Source: a virus (Duplodnaviria; Caudoviricetes). Taken from it: DNA of 64,000 bases. The notes beneath the pieces were generated by a model. The model was given only the letters and a program-made list of their open reading frames with translations, was not told where the DNA came from and ran no database searches. The position numbers and the translations under genes are program-made. The stretch is taken from IMG/VR virus record IMGVR_UViG_3300049988_000286, positions 32,001-96,000 of that record; one strand, 5' to 3'. Of this stretch, positions 37,679 to 45,695 are shown piece by piece; the first letter of the stretch is position 1, and every line of letters starts with the position of its first letter.

Positions 37679-37963
37679 TTAGGCAATTTCTTCCCGCAGG
37701 AGTCGATCGAGATAGTTCTGGAAGCTATCGGCGAGGACGCTCCAGACCCAGTAGTGCTCTCCCAGCCGAGCATCGCTCGCCCCCATGGTGGCACGCATCT
37801 GCGTCTCGCGCTCGTAGTTGTGCCCCTCCTCGTTGTCGTAATTGCCGTGATAGGCGGTCTCGCGATGAACCCCGTAGGCCTTGACGAGATCGCGCGGCTT
37901 GATCTTCATCACGCCATAGTAGGTGTTCTGCTTGAGATAGCGCTTTGCGAGGTCGAGATACAT
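37679..37963 (-). CDS. hypothetical protein
   Basis: ORF MYLDLAKRY. Confidence 0.65.
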   Translation of the reverse strand: MYLDLAKRYLKQNTYYGVMKIKPRDLVKAYGVHRETAYHGNYDNEEGHNYERETQMRATMGASDARLGEHYWVWSVLADSFQNYLDRLLREEIA

Positions 37964-37964
37964 A

Positions 37965-38153
37965 TCACTGCGCCCACTGGCGCGCGAGCGAGTCGCGCTG
38001 CTGCCGAAGGTGGAAGAGGAAGTTGCTCGCCTCCACTTCACCAGCATCCAAGCGGGCGAGACCCTCGAAGACGAAGCGCAGCGTTTCCGCCGCATCCTTG
38101 ATCTGGCGGATGGTGAGGGTCTCGGGATTGAACGGGATCGGGTTGGTGGCCAT
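37965..38153 (-). CDS. small hypothetical protein
   Basis: AAGGA SD. Confidence 0.6.
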   Translation of the reverse strand: MATNPIPFNPETLTIRQIKDAAETLRFVFEGLARLDAGEVEASNFLFHLRQQRDSLARQWAQ

Positions 38154-38210
38154 CAGGGCTTCCTTTCGCCCCAGACCTACACCGAACTACTCTACTCGTC
38201 AAATCAATAT

Positions 38211-38339
38211 TGTCGCGAACCGGACTCGACACCGGCTGTTCGGTTTCGTCTTACTCAACCCTCGCGGGTTGGTCGGGGATCGAACCCGTTACAAACCTAC
38301 CAACTGACGTACGGGCGTGTCCTTCCACGCTGCCGCGAC
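38211..38339 (-). ncRNA. tRNA-like RNA with expanded anticodon domain and an internal second T-arm
   Basis: GTCGCGG/TCGCGAC acceptor, GCGT-GGAAGGAC-ACGC D-arm, GCCGG-TGTCGAGT-CCGGT T-like arm, 78-nt insert with CGGG-TTCGATC-CCCG. Confidence 0.7.
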
Positions 38340-38399
38340 GCCCTCGTAGTAGCGCTATGCGATATTGTCGTCAACGGTTTATTGCTCTACTTCGATGGG

Positions 38400-38627
38400 A
38401 TGAACCGAACGCCTTTCCGTATCGAGACGCAAGAACTGACCCGTTGGTCGGGCGAGCGGCTTGAGTTGAAAGAACCCTATGGCTCTTGGTGCAGGGACAA
38501 CATTGGCGGCATAGGGTTCGAGATTTGGTTCTGTCACGATTGGAACCGGCTCCGCACAACCCTTTATCTCGCCTCCGAGGAAGACCTGACCCTGTTCCGA
38601 ATTCGCTTTCCCGAGGTTGCAGAATGA
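38400..38627 (+). CDS. small paralog-family protein
   Basis: SWCRDNIG...EEDLTLFRIRF. Confidence 0.7.
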   Translation: MNRTPFRIETQELTRWSGERLELKEPYGSWCRDNIGGIGFEIWFCHDWNRLRTTLYLASEEDLTLFRIRFPEVAE

Positions 38628-38893
38628 TCATCCCTTATAGTGAGGCAACGCTGATCCTCTTCCAGTTCACGAAAGAAAAATCGGGCTTCTACGCGTTCGC
38701 GCTCGCGAGCAAAGCGAAGGAGTGGTGTAAAGCTTCACTGGGCTATGAGCCCGATTTGTCAGAATGCGACGCGGATGACGGGGGTTGCATCACCTTTCGT
38801 GATCAGCATGACGCCGACCTTTTCCGCTTCGCTTTCGCGGAGCACATCATCAGGGTTGAAGATAGTTCGCCGATGTGCGAAGACGAGGAATGA
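38624..38893 (+). CDS. small paralog-family protein
   Basis: EWCKASLG...QHDADLFRFAF. Confidence 0.7.
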   Translation: MIIPYSEATLILFQFTKEKSGFYAFALASKAKEWCKASLGYEPDLSECDADDGGCITFRDQHDADLFRFAFAEHIIRVEDSSPMCEDEE

Positions 38894-39126
38894 CCCACGG
38901 CCTCGACTGCACGCGATCCGCCTTCGTGGTGCATCTCTTCCACTCCATCGACGATCCCGTCCCCGCCGTGGTGCCCCGCTCCGGTCTCGCGGAGTGGGCG
39001 ATGGAGCAATTTGGCTACATCCCCACGGGCGAGGTGATCCAAGGTCGCCCGCACCTCATCTTCCGTTTCGCCGAAGACGCGACGCTGTTCCGCCTTCATT
39101 TCGCACACCTCTGGGGACGAGAGTGA
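38890..39126 (+). CDS. small paralog-family protein
   Basis: EWAMEQFG...EDATLFRLHF. Confidence 0.7.
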   Translation: MTHGLDCTRSAFVVHLFHSIDDPVPAVVPRSGLAEWAMEQFGYIPTGEVIQGRPHLIFRFAEDATLFRLHFAHLWGRE

Positions 39127-39404
39127 TCAGGATCGAGTTCAACTTCGTGCGTGGCCTCACTGGCTATCGCAGCGACCGCGATAGTCCATGGGGGTTGCTC
39201 CACTCGGTGGAGGATTGGTGCCAAGAGGTGCTCGGCTATCTACCGCAACTCTCCCGCAGTCAGGAGAACAATACGGCAGACGGTCGCTCACTCTCCTACT
39301 ATCTCTCGTGCTCGTTCCACGACGAGACCGATGCATGGTTGTTCTACCTCAACTACCGCGCGAATTTCATGCAAGCGCTCCACTTCGAGACCGAATACGC
39401 TTGA
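39123..39404 (+). CDS. small paralog-family protein
   Basis: DWCQEVLG...ETDAWLFYLNY. Confidence 0.7.
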   Translation: MIRIEFNFVRGLTGYRSDRDSPWGLLHSVEDWCQEVLGYLPQLSRSQENNTADGRSLSYYLSCSFHDETDAWLFYLNYRANFMQALHFETEYA

Positions 39405-39436
39405 TCAATTGAGTAGTTCGGTGTAGAGGGCGAATC

Positions 39437-40156
39437 ATGTCTCGCTTCTACAGCCCTTGGGAAATTGAACGACTTGGCGAAGCCATCGGCAATTGGTCGA
39501 TTGGCAACACGTCGCTCTACGATCGCATCGACGCCCTTGAGAAGGCGCGGGATGATTCGAGTGAGTATGACGATCGCCTGTTCACGATCGGGCGTCCGTT
39601 CCGCGATGGCGGCGAATACATGTACGAGGTAGTGGCCACCCCGCTGTTCGATTACATGCTGGAGGGAGCGGGCTTCGACATCTGGTGGGATTGTCAGCGG
39701 ATGGACTATTCCCTCAATGCGACGCTGAAGGACGGGGAGCGGGCACTGGAACGCCTGATGATCCGGGACGCAACGGCGCGCAAGATGGAGGAAAACATCA
39801 CCGAGTGGCGCATCTATTGGCCCAAGAGCAAACGCGTCGTCGAATTCCAGCAGCGCTTCTCTGCGTGGCTGGAAGCGCTTGTTCCCACGCCTCTGACTGG
39901 GCTAGGCGCGGCTGGTACCTTCTGCACAAAGGAGCACGCGCTCTCCGTTCTTCGCGGGGAGACGAACACGATCATCGAAGCACCGGAGTGCAGTGAGTTC
40001 CAGCGTGAACAACTCCTCTCGCTGCTATCACAATACGGGGGCTATTGGCCCAATGATGCTGCGCTTGATGACATGCACACCTGCATGACCCTCGACATGA
40101 TCGAGCGCGAACGCGTCCATGATCGCGGGCGAGTCTCTTATAGGAAAGTCCTCTGA
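39437..40156 (+). CDS. hypothetical protein
   Basis: promoter TTGATC-N17-TAGAGG at 39401-39429. Confidence 0.75.
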   Translation: MSRFYSPWEIERLGEAIGNWSIGNTSLYDRIDALEKARDDSSEYDDRLFTIGRPFRDGGEYMYEVVATPLFDYMLEGAGFDIWWDCQRMDYSLNATLKDGERALERLMIRDATARKMEENITEWRIYWPKSKRVVEFQQRFSAWLEALVPTPLTGLGAAGTFCTKEHALSVLRGETNTIIEAPECSEFQREQLLSLLSQYGGYWPNDAALDDMHTCMTLDMIERERVHDRGRVSYRKVL

Positions 40157-41367
40157 TGCCACGGATCACTGCATGGAAGAGCACGGAGACGGGCACGATC
40201 TTCGAGCACGAGAGCGACTACCGCGCTCATCTCGACGGCCTCGCCAAGATCAAGGAAACGGAGGCACGGCACCGCGACGCGCTGGTAAAGGCAGACGAGG
40301 CGCTGGCGTCTCTCTACCTGTGTCGTTCTCACGGCGAAATCGCGGCATGGCTGATCGAGAACAGTGACGCCTTTATCGAAGCGCAAATCGCGCGGGGACA
40401 CTTTCGTGAGTGGCGAGGGCCGCGCCGTAAGAAGCTGCGCTTCACCGAGGTGACCTTCGAACAGATACGCTGGGAAGGCGACCTCTCAAATTCACACTCG
40501 AATCCCATGGGGCGAGTATCAAACTGGGGTGGATGCCTCCCCGAAGCACCGCGTTCCTATCCCGGCTGGTCGTCGAGAATACGGTTTCGGCTCAATCGAG
40601 AGATCGATACCTTCAGTTCTGATCTCTTTCGCGGCACTGGTATCCATCCCGGCACCGGCGGAAGCGGGGATTACGATTGCAAGCTGTTCGCCGACGACTT
40701 CCCCGCCATGCGGGCGTGGGAGAATCGTGCTAATCCGCGACTGCGGCAGCGCAAGAACGGCGCTGTCATTGTTGACGAGCGAACCGTCGCGATCTCGGAG
40801 ATCATCTCCTCACCGTCATCGAGAGATGGGATAATGGTTCGTCGCGGCGACCTCTTCATCCCGATTGAGAAGTCGGATCGTCCTCTCCCCTCCACGATCG
40901 ACCAGTGGCTCCGCGACCACGTGGGTTGGGACGACAACCATGAGACAGATCATGACCGCTTCATCTACGATCGCGGACCAACGGGTCCAGCGGTGCCGAT
41001 CGGTGACCTTCCCGGTCCGCGTCGGCGCTACTCCTACGACGCCGAGCGACAAACCATTTTCTTCCACGACATCCGCGATGCTCGGAAGTTCAGGGCAGTG
41101 TTTGGCAACCTTATCAACAACGCGCGGCTAATCAACTACCGGCATGGGGACGAAACCGCGCGCGCTTTTCTGCTCTCACATCAGGACGTGGCTTACCATT
41201 CCGTCTGTTCGATTTGGGGTGAGACCGATCTCGGTCATGACCGCACAGGGCACTGGAACCTCTTCCGCGACGAGCAGGAGCGGCTGATGTTCCAGATCGT
41301 TCGTCCCGAAGCGGTGTTCTTTTACGCGGCCGATCTCGATATTGCACAACGGGGCACAGGTGTGTAA
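40156..41367 (+). CDS. hypothetical protein with C-terminal paralog-family modules
   Basis: QWLRDHVG...FFHDIRDARKF; DEQERLMFQI. Confidence 0.75.
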   Translation: MPRITAWKSTETGTIFEHESDYRAHLDGLAKIKETEARHRDALVKADEALASLYLCRSHGEIAAWLIENSDAFIEAQIARGHFREWRGPRRKKLRFTEVTFEQIRWEGDLSNSHSNPMGRVSNWGGCLPEAPRSYPGWSSRIRFRLNREIDTFSSDLFRGTGIHPGTGGSGDYDCKLFADDFPAMRAWENRANPRLRQRKNGAVIVDERTVAISEIISSPSSRDGIMVRRGDLFIPIEKSDRPLPSTIDQWLRDHVGWDDNHETDHDRFIYDRGPTGPAVPIGDLPGPRRRYSYDAERQTIFFHDIRDARKFRAVFGNLINNARLINYRHGDETARAFLLSHQDVAYHSVCSIWGETDLGHDRTGHWNLFRDEQERLMFQIVRPEAVFFYAADLDIAQRGTGV

Positions 41368-41400
41368 GGTCGCGGCCTGATGTTCTCTATAACTGGGGAG

Positions 41401-41536
41401 GGTGTCATGTGAAGGTTGTTTGGGGCTTATTACAGTCCATCTAACGGCTGGTGTAATGGCCAGTCTATCGACCGTGGGAGGTGGTGACCCACCAGTAGTA
41501 ATATTGTATGCACCATGGGGGCGGGGAACCGCCCCC
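41401..41536 (+). ncRNA. possible small structured RNA
   Basis: GGTG(T)CAT/ATGCACC and TATTAC/GTAATA stems, two hairpins, then GGGGGCGG-GGAA-CCGCCCCC. Confidence 0.3.
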
Positions 41537-41546
41537 TAAATAGTAC

Positions 41547-41628
41547 GGGCTAGTATCGCCGCCGTTTTCTAAACGGTCGTTAAAAGCGTAATTGGAGTAT
41601 GCGGGTTCGAGTCCTGCCTAGCCCGCCA
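41547..41628 (+). ncRNA. D-armless tRNA-like RNA, TCT (Arg) anticodon, long variable region
   Basis: GGGCTAG/CTAGCCC-G-CCA; GCCGT-TTTCTAA-ACGGT; GCGGG-TTCGAGT-CCTGC; starts 4 nt after TAAATA. Confidence 0.7.
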
Positions 41629-41629
41629 T

Positions 41630-42079
41630 CTATCGACAGCGTTTCAGAATCCTGATCGTAAACGCGCCGCCGCCGTGCTTCTCCACGCAGGAGTGAACGC
41701 GCGGCAGACCTTCCATCCATCGCTCAAATTCACGCCTGATCTGGCCCGACTTGCCGGTGATAATCGTCATCGACTTCCGGCCAGAATTCTCCACGAAGTC
41801 GATCGAGGCCCGGTAGGCATCAGTGACGGTGAGGCCATGTAGATCGAGCGTGGAGGGCGATACTGGCAGGGGGATGGGTGCGTGAGGCTTTTGGAGAAAA
41901 CGGCTCGCGACCGGGCGCTCCGCCAGCGCTTTGGTGATCTGGGCATCAAGGGCCAGCGTCTCTGTAAATTGCGCACGAAGTTCCCCCTCCGTCAGGGGTC
42001 GAACCTGTTCAGCGCTGCTACGCTCCAGAGGCTTTACAGTTTGCTTGACCGCCGCCCACCATTGATCGCCTCTGTTCAT
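41630..42079 (-). CDS. Smr/MutS2-domain protein
   Basis: LDLHGLT...IITGKSG...GGGAF. Confidence 0.85.
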   Translation of the reverse strand: MNRGDQWWAAVKQTVKPLERSSAEQVRPLTEGELRAQFTETLALDAQITKALAERPVASRFLQKPHAPIPLPVSPSTLDLHGLTVTDAYRASIDFVENSGRKSMTIITGKSGQIRREFERWMEGLPRVHSCVEKHGGGAFTIRILKRCR

Positions 42080-42558
42080 CAGCGATAGAATACATGACCA
42101 CCGATACGGTAGCCAGTTCTTTTGAGCCGACGTGAGCAGAAACTCAACGCGCCACGGCTCGCATCATCACTCGAAGCCATCACGGCGGTGGCGACGCCGA
42201 TCGCGGTGGTCCACATCGATGCCGTTCTCGGCAGCACCGGCGTGGTGCCACGCAGGAACGAGAATTGCCCGCGCTGGAACAGTACCGCGCAAATGGTGGT
42301 GGGGTAGCGGGGGGAGCGGGTTCGATTCACGAGGACGTGCCCAACGGCGCGCTGACCTTCGATCGGCTCACCACGAGCCTCGAAATAAATCGCCAAGGCG
42401 AGACAGGCTGCTTCGCGACGGTTGGCTTCTGGAACTTGCTGCAAGGACGAATGGGGGAGTAGACCGTCGATCCAAGCTGGCACCGCATGTGCGGGCGAGA
42501 TAGCGAAAAATAACACCAATACGACTAATAGTAGCTTTCTGAAAAACAAACCCAACAC
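42079..42558 (-). CDS. SleB-family cell wall hydrolase, secreted
   Basis: CLALAIYFEARGEP...AVGHVLVNR...QFSF...IGGHVFY. Confidence 0.9.
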   Translation of the reverse strand: MLGLFFRKLLLVVLVLFFAISPAHAVPAWIDGLLPHSSLQQVPEANRREAACLALAIYFEARGEPIEGQRAVGHVLVNRTRSPRYPTTICAVLFQRGQFSFLRGTTPVLPRTASMWTTAIGVATAVMASSDDASRGALSFCSRRLKRTGYRIGGHVFYR

Positions 42559-42769
42559 CTATGAGTAGTTGAGGGGATATTTAATCAAATGTTACAACAA
42601 TTTGGAACAAAATGTCGTCGAACCGTTACTCTAACGGGGCGAGTTGAGGGAACTATGTAATGATTTGAATATTGCAGCCGGGGCTGGGGCTCGTTCATAA
42701 GGGTTTGCGGGACAGAGGTCTGCATCTCGATCTCCCCCGTCCTATCAGAGATGCTTATAAGAGACTTGT

Positions 42770-43042
42770 ATGCGCAAGAACGAGAACATCGATAACTTCC
42801 GACAGTGGCTCGTCGCCCTGCCGGTCAACTACAAGCCGAGCCTCAAGGTCAACGGCAACGGCTATTCGACCGCCGTAGTGGTCGTGGACTTCGGAACCCC
42901 GAAGGAGGGCGTTCGTCTCACCAGTGAGCAGAATAGCGAGCTTGGTGCCCGGATGAAGGAACTCACCACGACGCTGACCGGTCGTCGCAGTGTCCGCGTC
43001 GGCTATGACAACAACGCGGGTGTTTACTGGACGAGCATCTAA
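42770..43042 (+). CDS. hypothetical protein
   Basis: ORF followed by a terminator. Confidence 0.7.
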   Translation: MRKNENIDNFRQWLVALPVNYKPSLKVNGNGYSTAVVVVDFGTPKEGVRLTSEQNSELGARMKELTTTLTGRRSVRVGYDNNAGVYWTSI

Positions 43043-43047
43043 CGACT

Positions 43048-43077
43048 TGGGGGGCTGCGTGCCCCCCATTTTATTTC
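43048..43077 (+). terminator. intrinsic terminator
   Basis: TGGGGGGC-TGCGT-GCCCCCCA then T-rich. Confidence 0.7.
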
Positions 43078-43529
43078 AACTCTTCGATTGTATGACCATC
43101 AGCGGTCTGATGCTTTTCTGTCCGATGCGTGAGGCGCAACATCGTGGCATCCACGTCGGAGAGACCAAGGATGCGCAACATTCCTCCCTGTAGGAGGAAG
43201 CGTGTTGTCTCCGCGAAAACGAAGTTGATATGACCGAGGCTCACCTCGCCGCCGTTGAGGTAGAAGACGCTTGGAGTTTCGTATCGGCTGTTGATCAACA
43301 ATGCGCGCTCACTATCCGCCTCTAGTGCGGTGAGATCACCCAAATCACCGCTCTGTTTGAACTCACCTCCCGGTGGAATGACTGCACAACGTGCATTGAT
43401 GACAGCGAGGTCGGCATCTTGTCCGAAACTCTCCGGTGGTTCACCCTCGACGAACGCGAGGAGCGCCTTGATCTCGGGAACCGAGATTTCCGTGCCATCC
43501 TCGACTTGTAGGTGCAACACAGCAGTCAT
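43071..43529 (-). CDS. hypothetical protein with paralog-family-like C-terminus
   Basis: SDVDATMLRL. Confidence 0.65.
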   Translation of the reverse strand: MTAVLHLQVEDGTEISVPEIKALLAFVEGEPPESFGQDADLAVINARCAVIPPGGEFKQSGDLGDLTALEADSERALLINSRYETPSVFYLNGGEVSLGHINFVFAETTRFLLQGGMLRILGLSDVDATMLRLTHRTEKHQTADGHTIEELK

Positions 43530-43861
43530 TGAGAAATCCTCATCAGCATAGCGTCAGTTTCGGTAAGCCCATAGATGTTAATCTGTTCACCGCTGGGATC
43601 GAGTGATAGCGTGGCGGTGCGGGACAGGGGCACCTCGATCTTATTGATCGTGATATCTCCATCATCGAATGTGAGGATGACGAGACACTTCCCCTTGGCG
43701 GTTATCGCCATCATTGATCCGGTGGTCACACCGATATAGCCGCGAGATTGTAGACCATCGATGGTTTGGGCGTTCGCGCTATCGGCGGTGAGCCGGGGGA
43801 AGAGGTCGAGCAGGGCTGTGACAGGCACCGCCTTGTCGGGCATAATCTCGAATTCCCACAT
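43526..43861 (-). CDS. hypothetical protein with paralog-family-like C-terminus
   Basis: TETDAMLMRI. Confidence 0.65.
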   Translation of the reverse strand: MWEFEIMPDKAVPVTALLDLFPRLTADSANAQTIDGLQSRGYIGVTTGSMMAITAKGKCLVILTFDDGDITINKIEVPLSRTATLSLDPSGEQINIYGLTETDAMLMRISQ

Positions 43862-44109
43862 CAGCTATGATCTCCACTCTTACCCCAGCGTAGCACCAAG
43901 AGATCGAGATCACCAGCGTCGGTGAGATTGACTATGATGCGCTCGTTGAAGAGGTAGGTGATCTCGAATCCATCTTGGAGATTTTCGTTGCACCATAGGC
44001 GCAGTTCCGCCATGAACTCACGGGCAGTTACCTCGCGGTTTGTCCAGCCACGAGCCCAATACCGCCGGGGTGGTTCGTATTTGAAGATGGTGGTGTAAAT
44101 CATAGGCAT
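43861..44109 (-). CDS. small paralog-family protein
   Basis: LWCNENL...GDLDLLVLRWG. Confidence 0.7.
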   Translation of the reverse strand: MPMIYTTIFKYEPPRRYWARGWTNREVTAREFMAELRLWCNENLQDGFEITYLFNERIIVNLTDAGDLDLLVLRWGKSGDHS

Positions 44110-44318
44110 GGCGCACCAAAGCGCATGACGAGAAGATCGAAATCATCCTCGTCGCGAAGGACCACGACGGTGCGACCTTGAGTCCAGCAGCCTTGAGTGA
44201 TCTCCCACCCGCATTGAAGATTAGCGCGGCACCAATCCCGAACACCCCGAGCCCCCTCCGGCACCCGATATTCCTTCGGCCGTCCGGAGAGCACTTGGTA
44301 ATCCACACCTGCGATCAC
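44100..44318 (-). CDS. small paralog-family protein
   Basis: DWCRANL...DEDDFDLLVMRFG. Confidence 0.7.
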   Translation of the reverse strand: MIAGVDYQVLSGRPKEYRVPEGARGVRDWCRANLQCGWEITQGCWTQGRTVVVLRDEDDFDLLVMRFGAPCL

Positions 44319-45694
44319 AGCTTGGCTTTCTTCAATGCGTCGAGTTCATCCAAGTAGATGTCGCGACGGCGCTCCGGATCAGCCATAATGGCACTGTATT
44401 CGACCACCCGCGCCTCGATCTCCGCGATCTTGGTCTCCACCTCGGCTTCGAACGCCTTGGTCCAACGATAGGTGGGCAGCGATACGGCGCGGTCGATCTG
44501 GCTATCATCGGTCAGAAGCTTTGCTTTCTTGCCGACCGCGACGACATCCACTTCGACGGCGGCGCGATCCGCGAAGGTGCCAAGCTTCTTGGTGAACCCG
44601 GCGCGGAACAATGCCCGCAGCAACTTCCAGTAGATGAGATCACGATTAGCCTCATCGAGAAGGCGAGCGTAGCGCTTCTCATACCACCCGAGCCGCCATT
44701 CGGCGAAATCGCGGATCAGCGCCACGGCGTTGTCGTAGGTGCCGATGTTCTCGCACGCCCAGTCCACGACGGTGATGCGCTCGGTGACCTTCTCGCGTAG
44801 CTTCAGAAAATCGACTGCCTGACGCTCCGACCAGCCCTTGACCGTGCCACGCTTCATCTGAATCTCGACATCGATCGTATCGGCGGAACCGTCGAGGAAA
44901 TTGATGATCTCGTCGCGTTCCTCCATCTGGATCAGTCGCTTCTTGAAATCTTCAAGCGAGCATCCCGGCGGTAGTTCTGTGACCCGTAGCGTCGAGGTGT
45001 TCTCCACGGTGACCCGGCCGGTGAACTCATACTGGGAATCACCCAAGGCAGTGACGGTGATCGCATAATTGTTATACTCGGGCCGGGGCTCGGCAATCTT
45101 CTTCGTGCCACGGAGCGCCGCCTGTGTTGCAGCAATCAGGTCGGGGAGGGCACGGGGCAGGATTTTGGTCGAGAATCCTACCGCTACACCCTCGACGCCG
45201 TTGAGGAGCACGACCGGGATGAGGGGCAGGAAGTGGATGGGGAGGACGTTCGAGCCGTCGTAGTTCTCCGTTTCGGGGACGAGGGCGAGATCGTTGTAGA
45301 GGAAGGCCTCTCCCGCTTTGCTTCGCCGCACTTCCGTGTAGCGGGGTGCCCCGATACCATCCGGGATGGCGCGCGAGCCGAACTGCCCCAGTCCCTCGAT
45401 CAGGGGGACGTTGTTCTTATACGGGGCGCACAGGTAGCCCACTGCGTTACCCGACGAGGCGTCGCCGTGCACGTAGAGGCGTTCCGCCGCCATCAAACCG
45501 GTGAGACCGATCGTTTTGGTCTTCTCGGCTTTGTTGCGGAGCAGCCACAGGGCGATACGCTGAACAGGCTTGAGACCATCCCCGACATGGGGGATGGCGC
45601 GCTGCATGGCGACGTAGATCGCATATTCGCGCGAACCCTTGAGGAGGAACTCCGAAGGGGTCTGCGGGATCGGTGCTTTGTTCTTCATCGCCAT
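44315..45694 (-). CDS. type II DNA topoisomerase, DNA-cleavage subunit (T4 gp52/GyrA-like)
   Basis: DGLKPVQR, YVHGDAS, GQFGSR, APRYT active-site Tyr. Confidence 0.93.
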   Translation of the reverse strand: MAMKNKAPIPQTPSEFLLKGSREYAIYVAMQRAIPHVGDGLKPVQRIALWLLRNKAEKTKTIGLTGLMAAERLYVHGDASSGNAVGYLCAPYKNNVPLIEGLGQFGSRAIPDGIGAPRYTEVRRSKAGEAFLYNDLALVPETENYDGSNVLPIHFLPLIPVVLLNGVEGVAVGFSTKILPRALPDLIAATQAALRGTKKIAEPRPEYNNYAITVTALGDSQYEFTGRVTVENTSTLRVTELPPGCSLEDFKKRLIQMEERDEIINFLDGSADTIDVEIQMKRGTVKGWSERQAVDFLKLREKVTERITVVDWACENIGTYDNAVALIRDFAEWRLGWYEKRYARLLDEANRDLIYWKLLRALFRAGFTKKLGTFADRAAVEVDVVAVGKKAKLLTDDSQIDRAVSLPTYRWTKAFEAEVETKIAEIEARVVEYSAIMADPERRRDIYLDELDALKKAKL

Positions 45695-45695
45695 C

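Noticed and set aside
41561-41577. Amber-suppressor (CTA) reading and stop-codon recoding
   Set aside because: The CTA register breaks the stem; all conserved genes read through intact in the standard code
42567-42652. Direct repeat AGTTGAGGGGA twice in a divergent intergenic region
   Set aside because: Only two 11-bp copies; function cannot be supported
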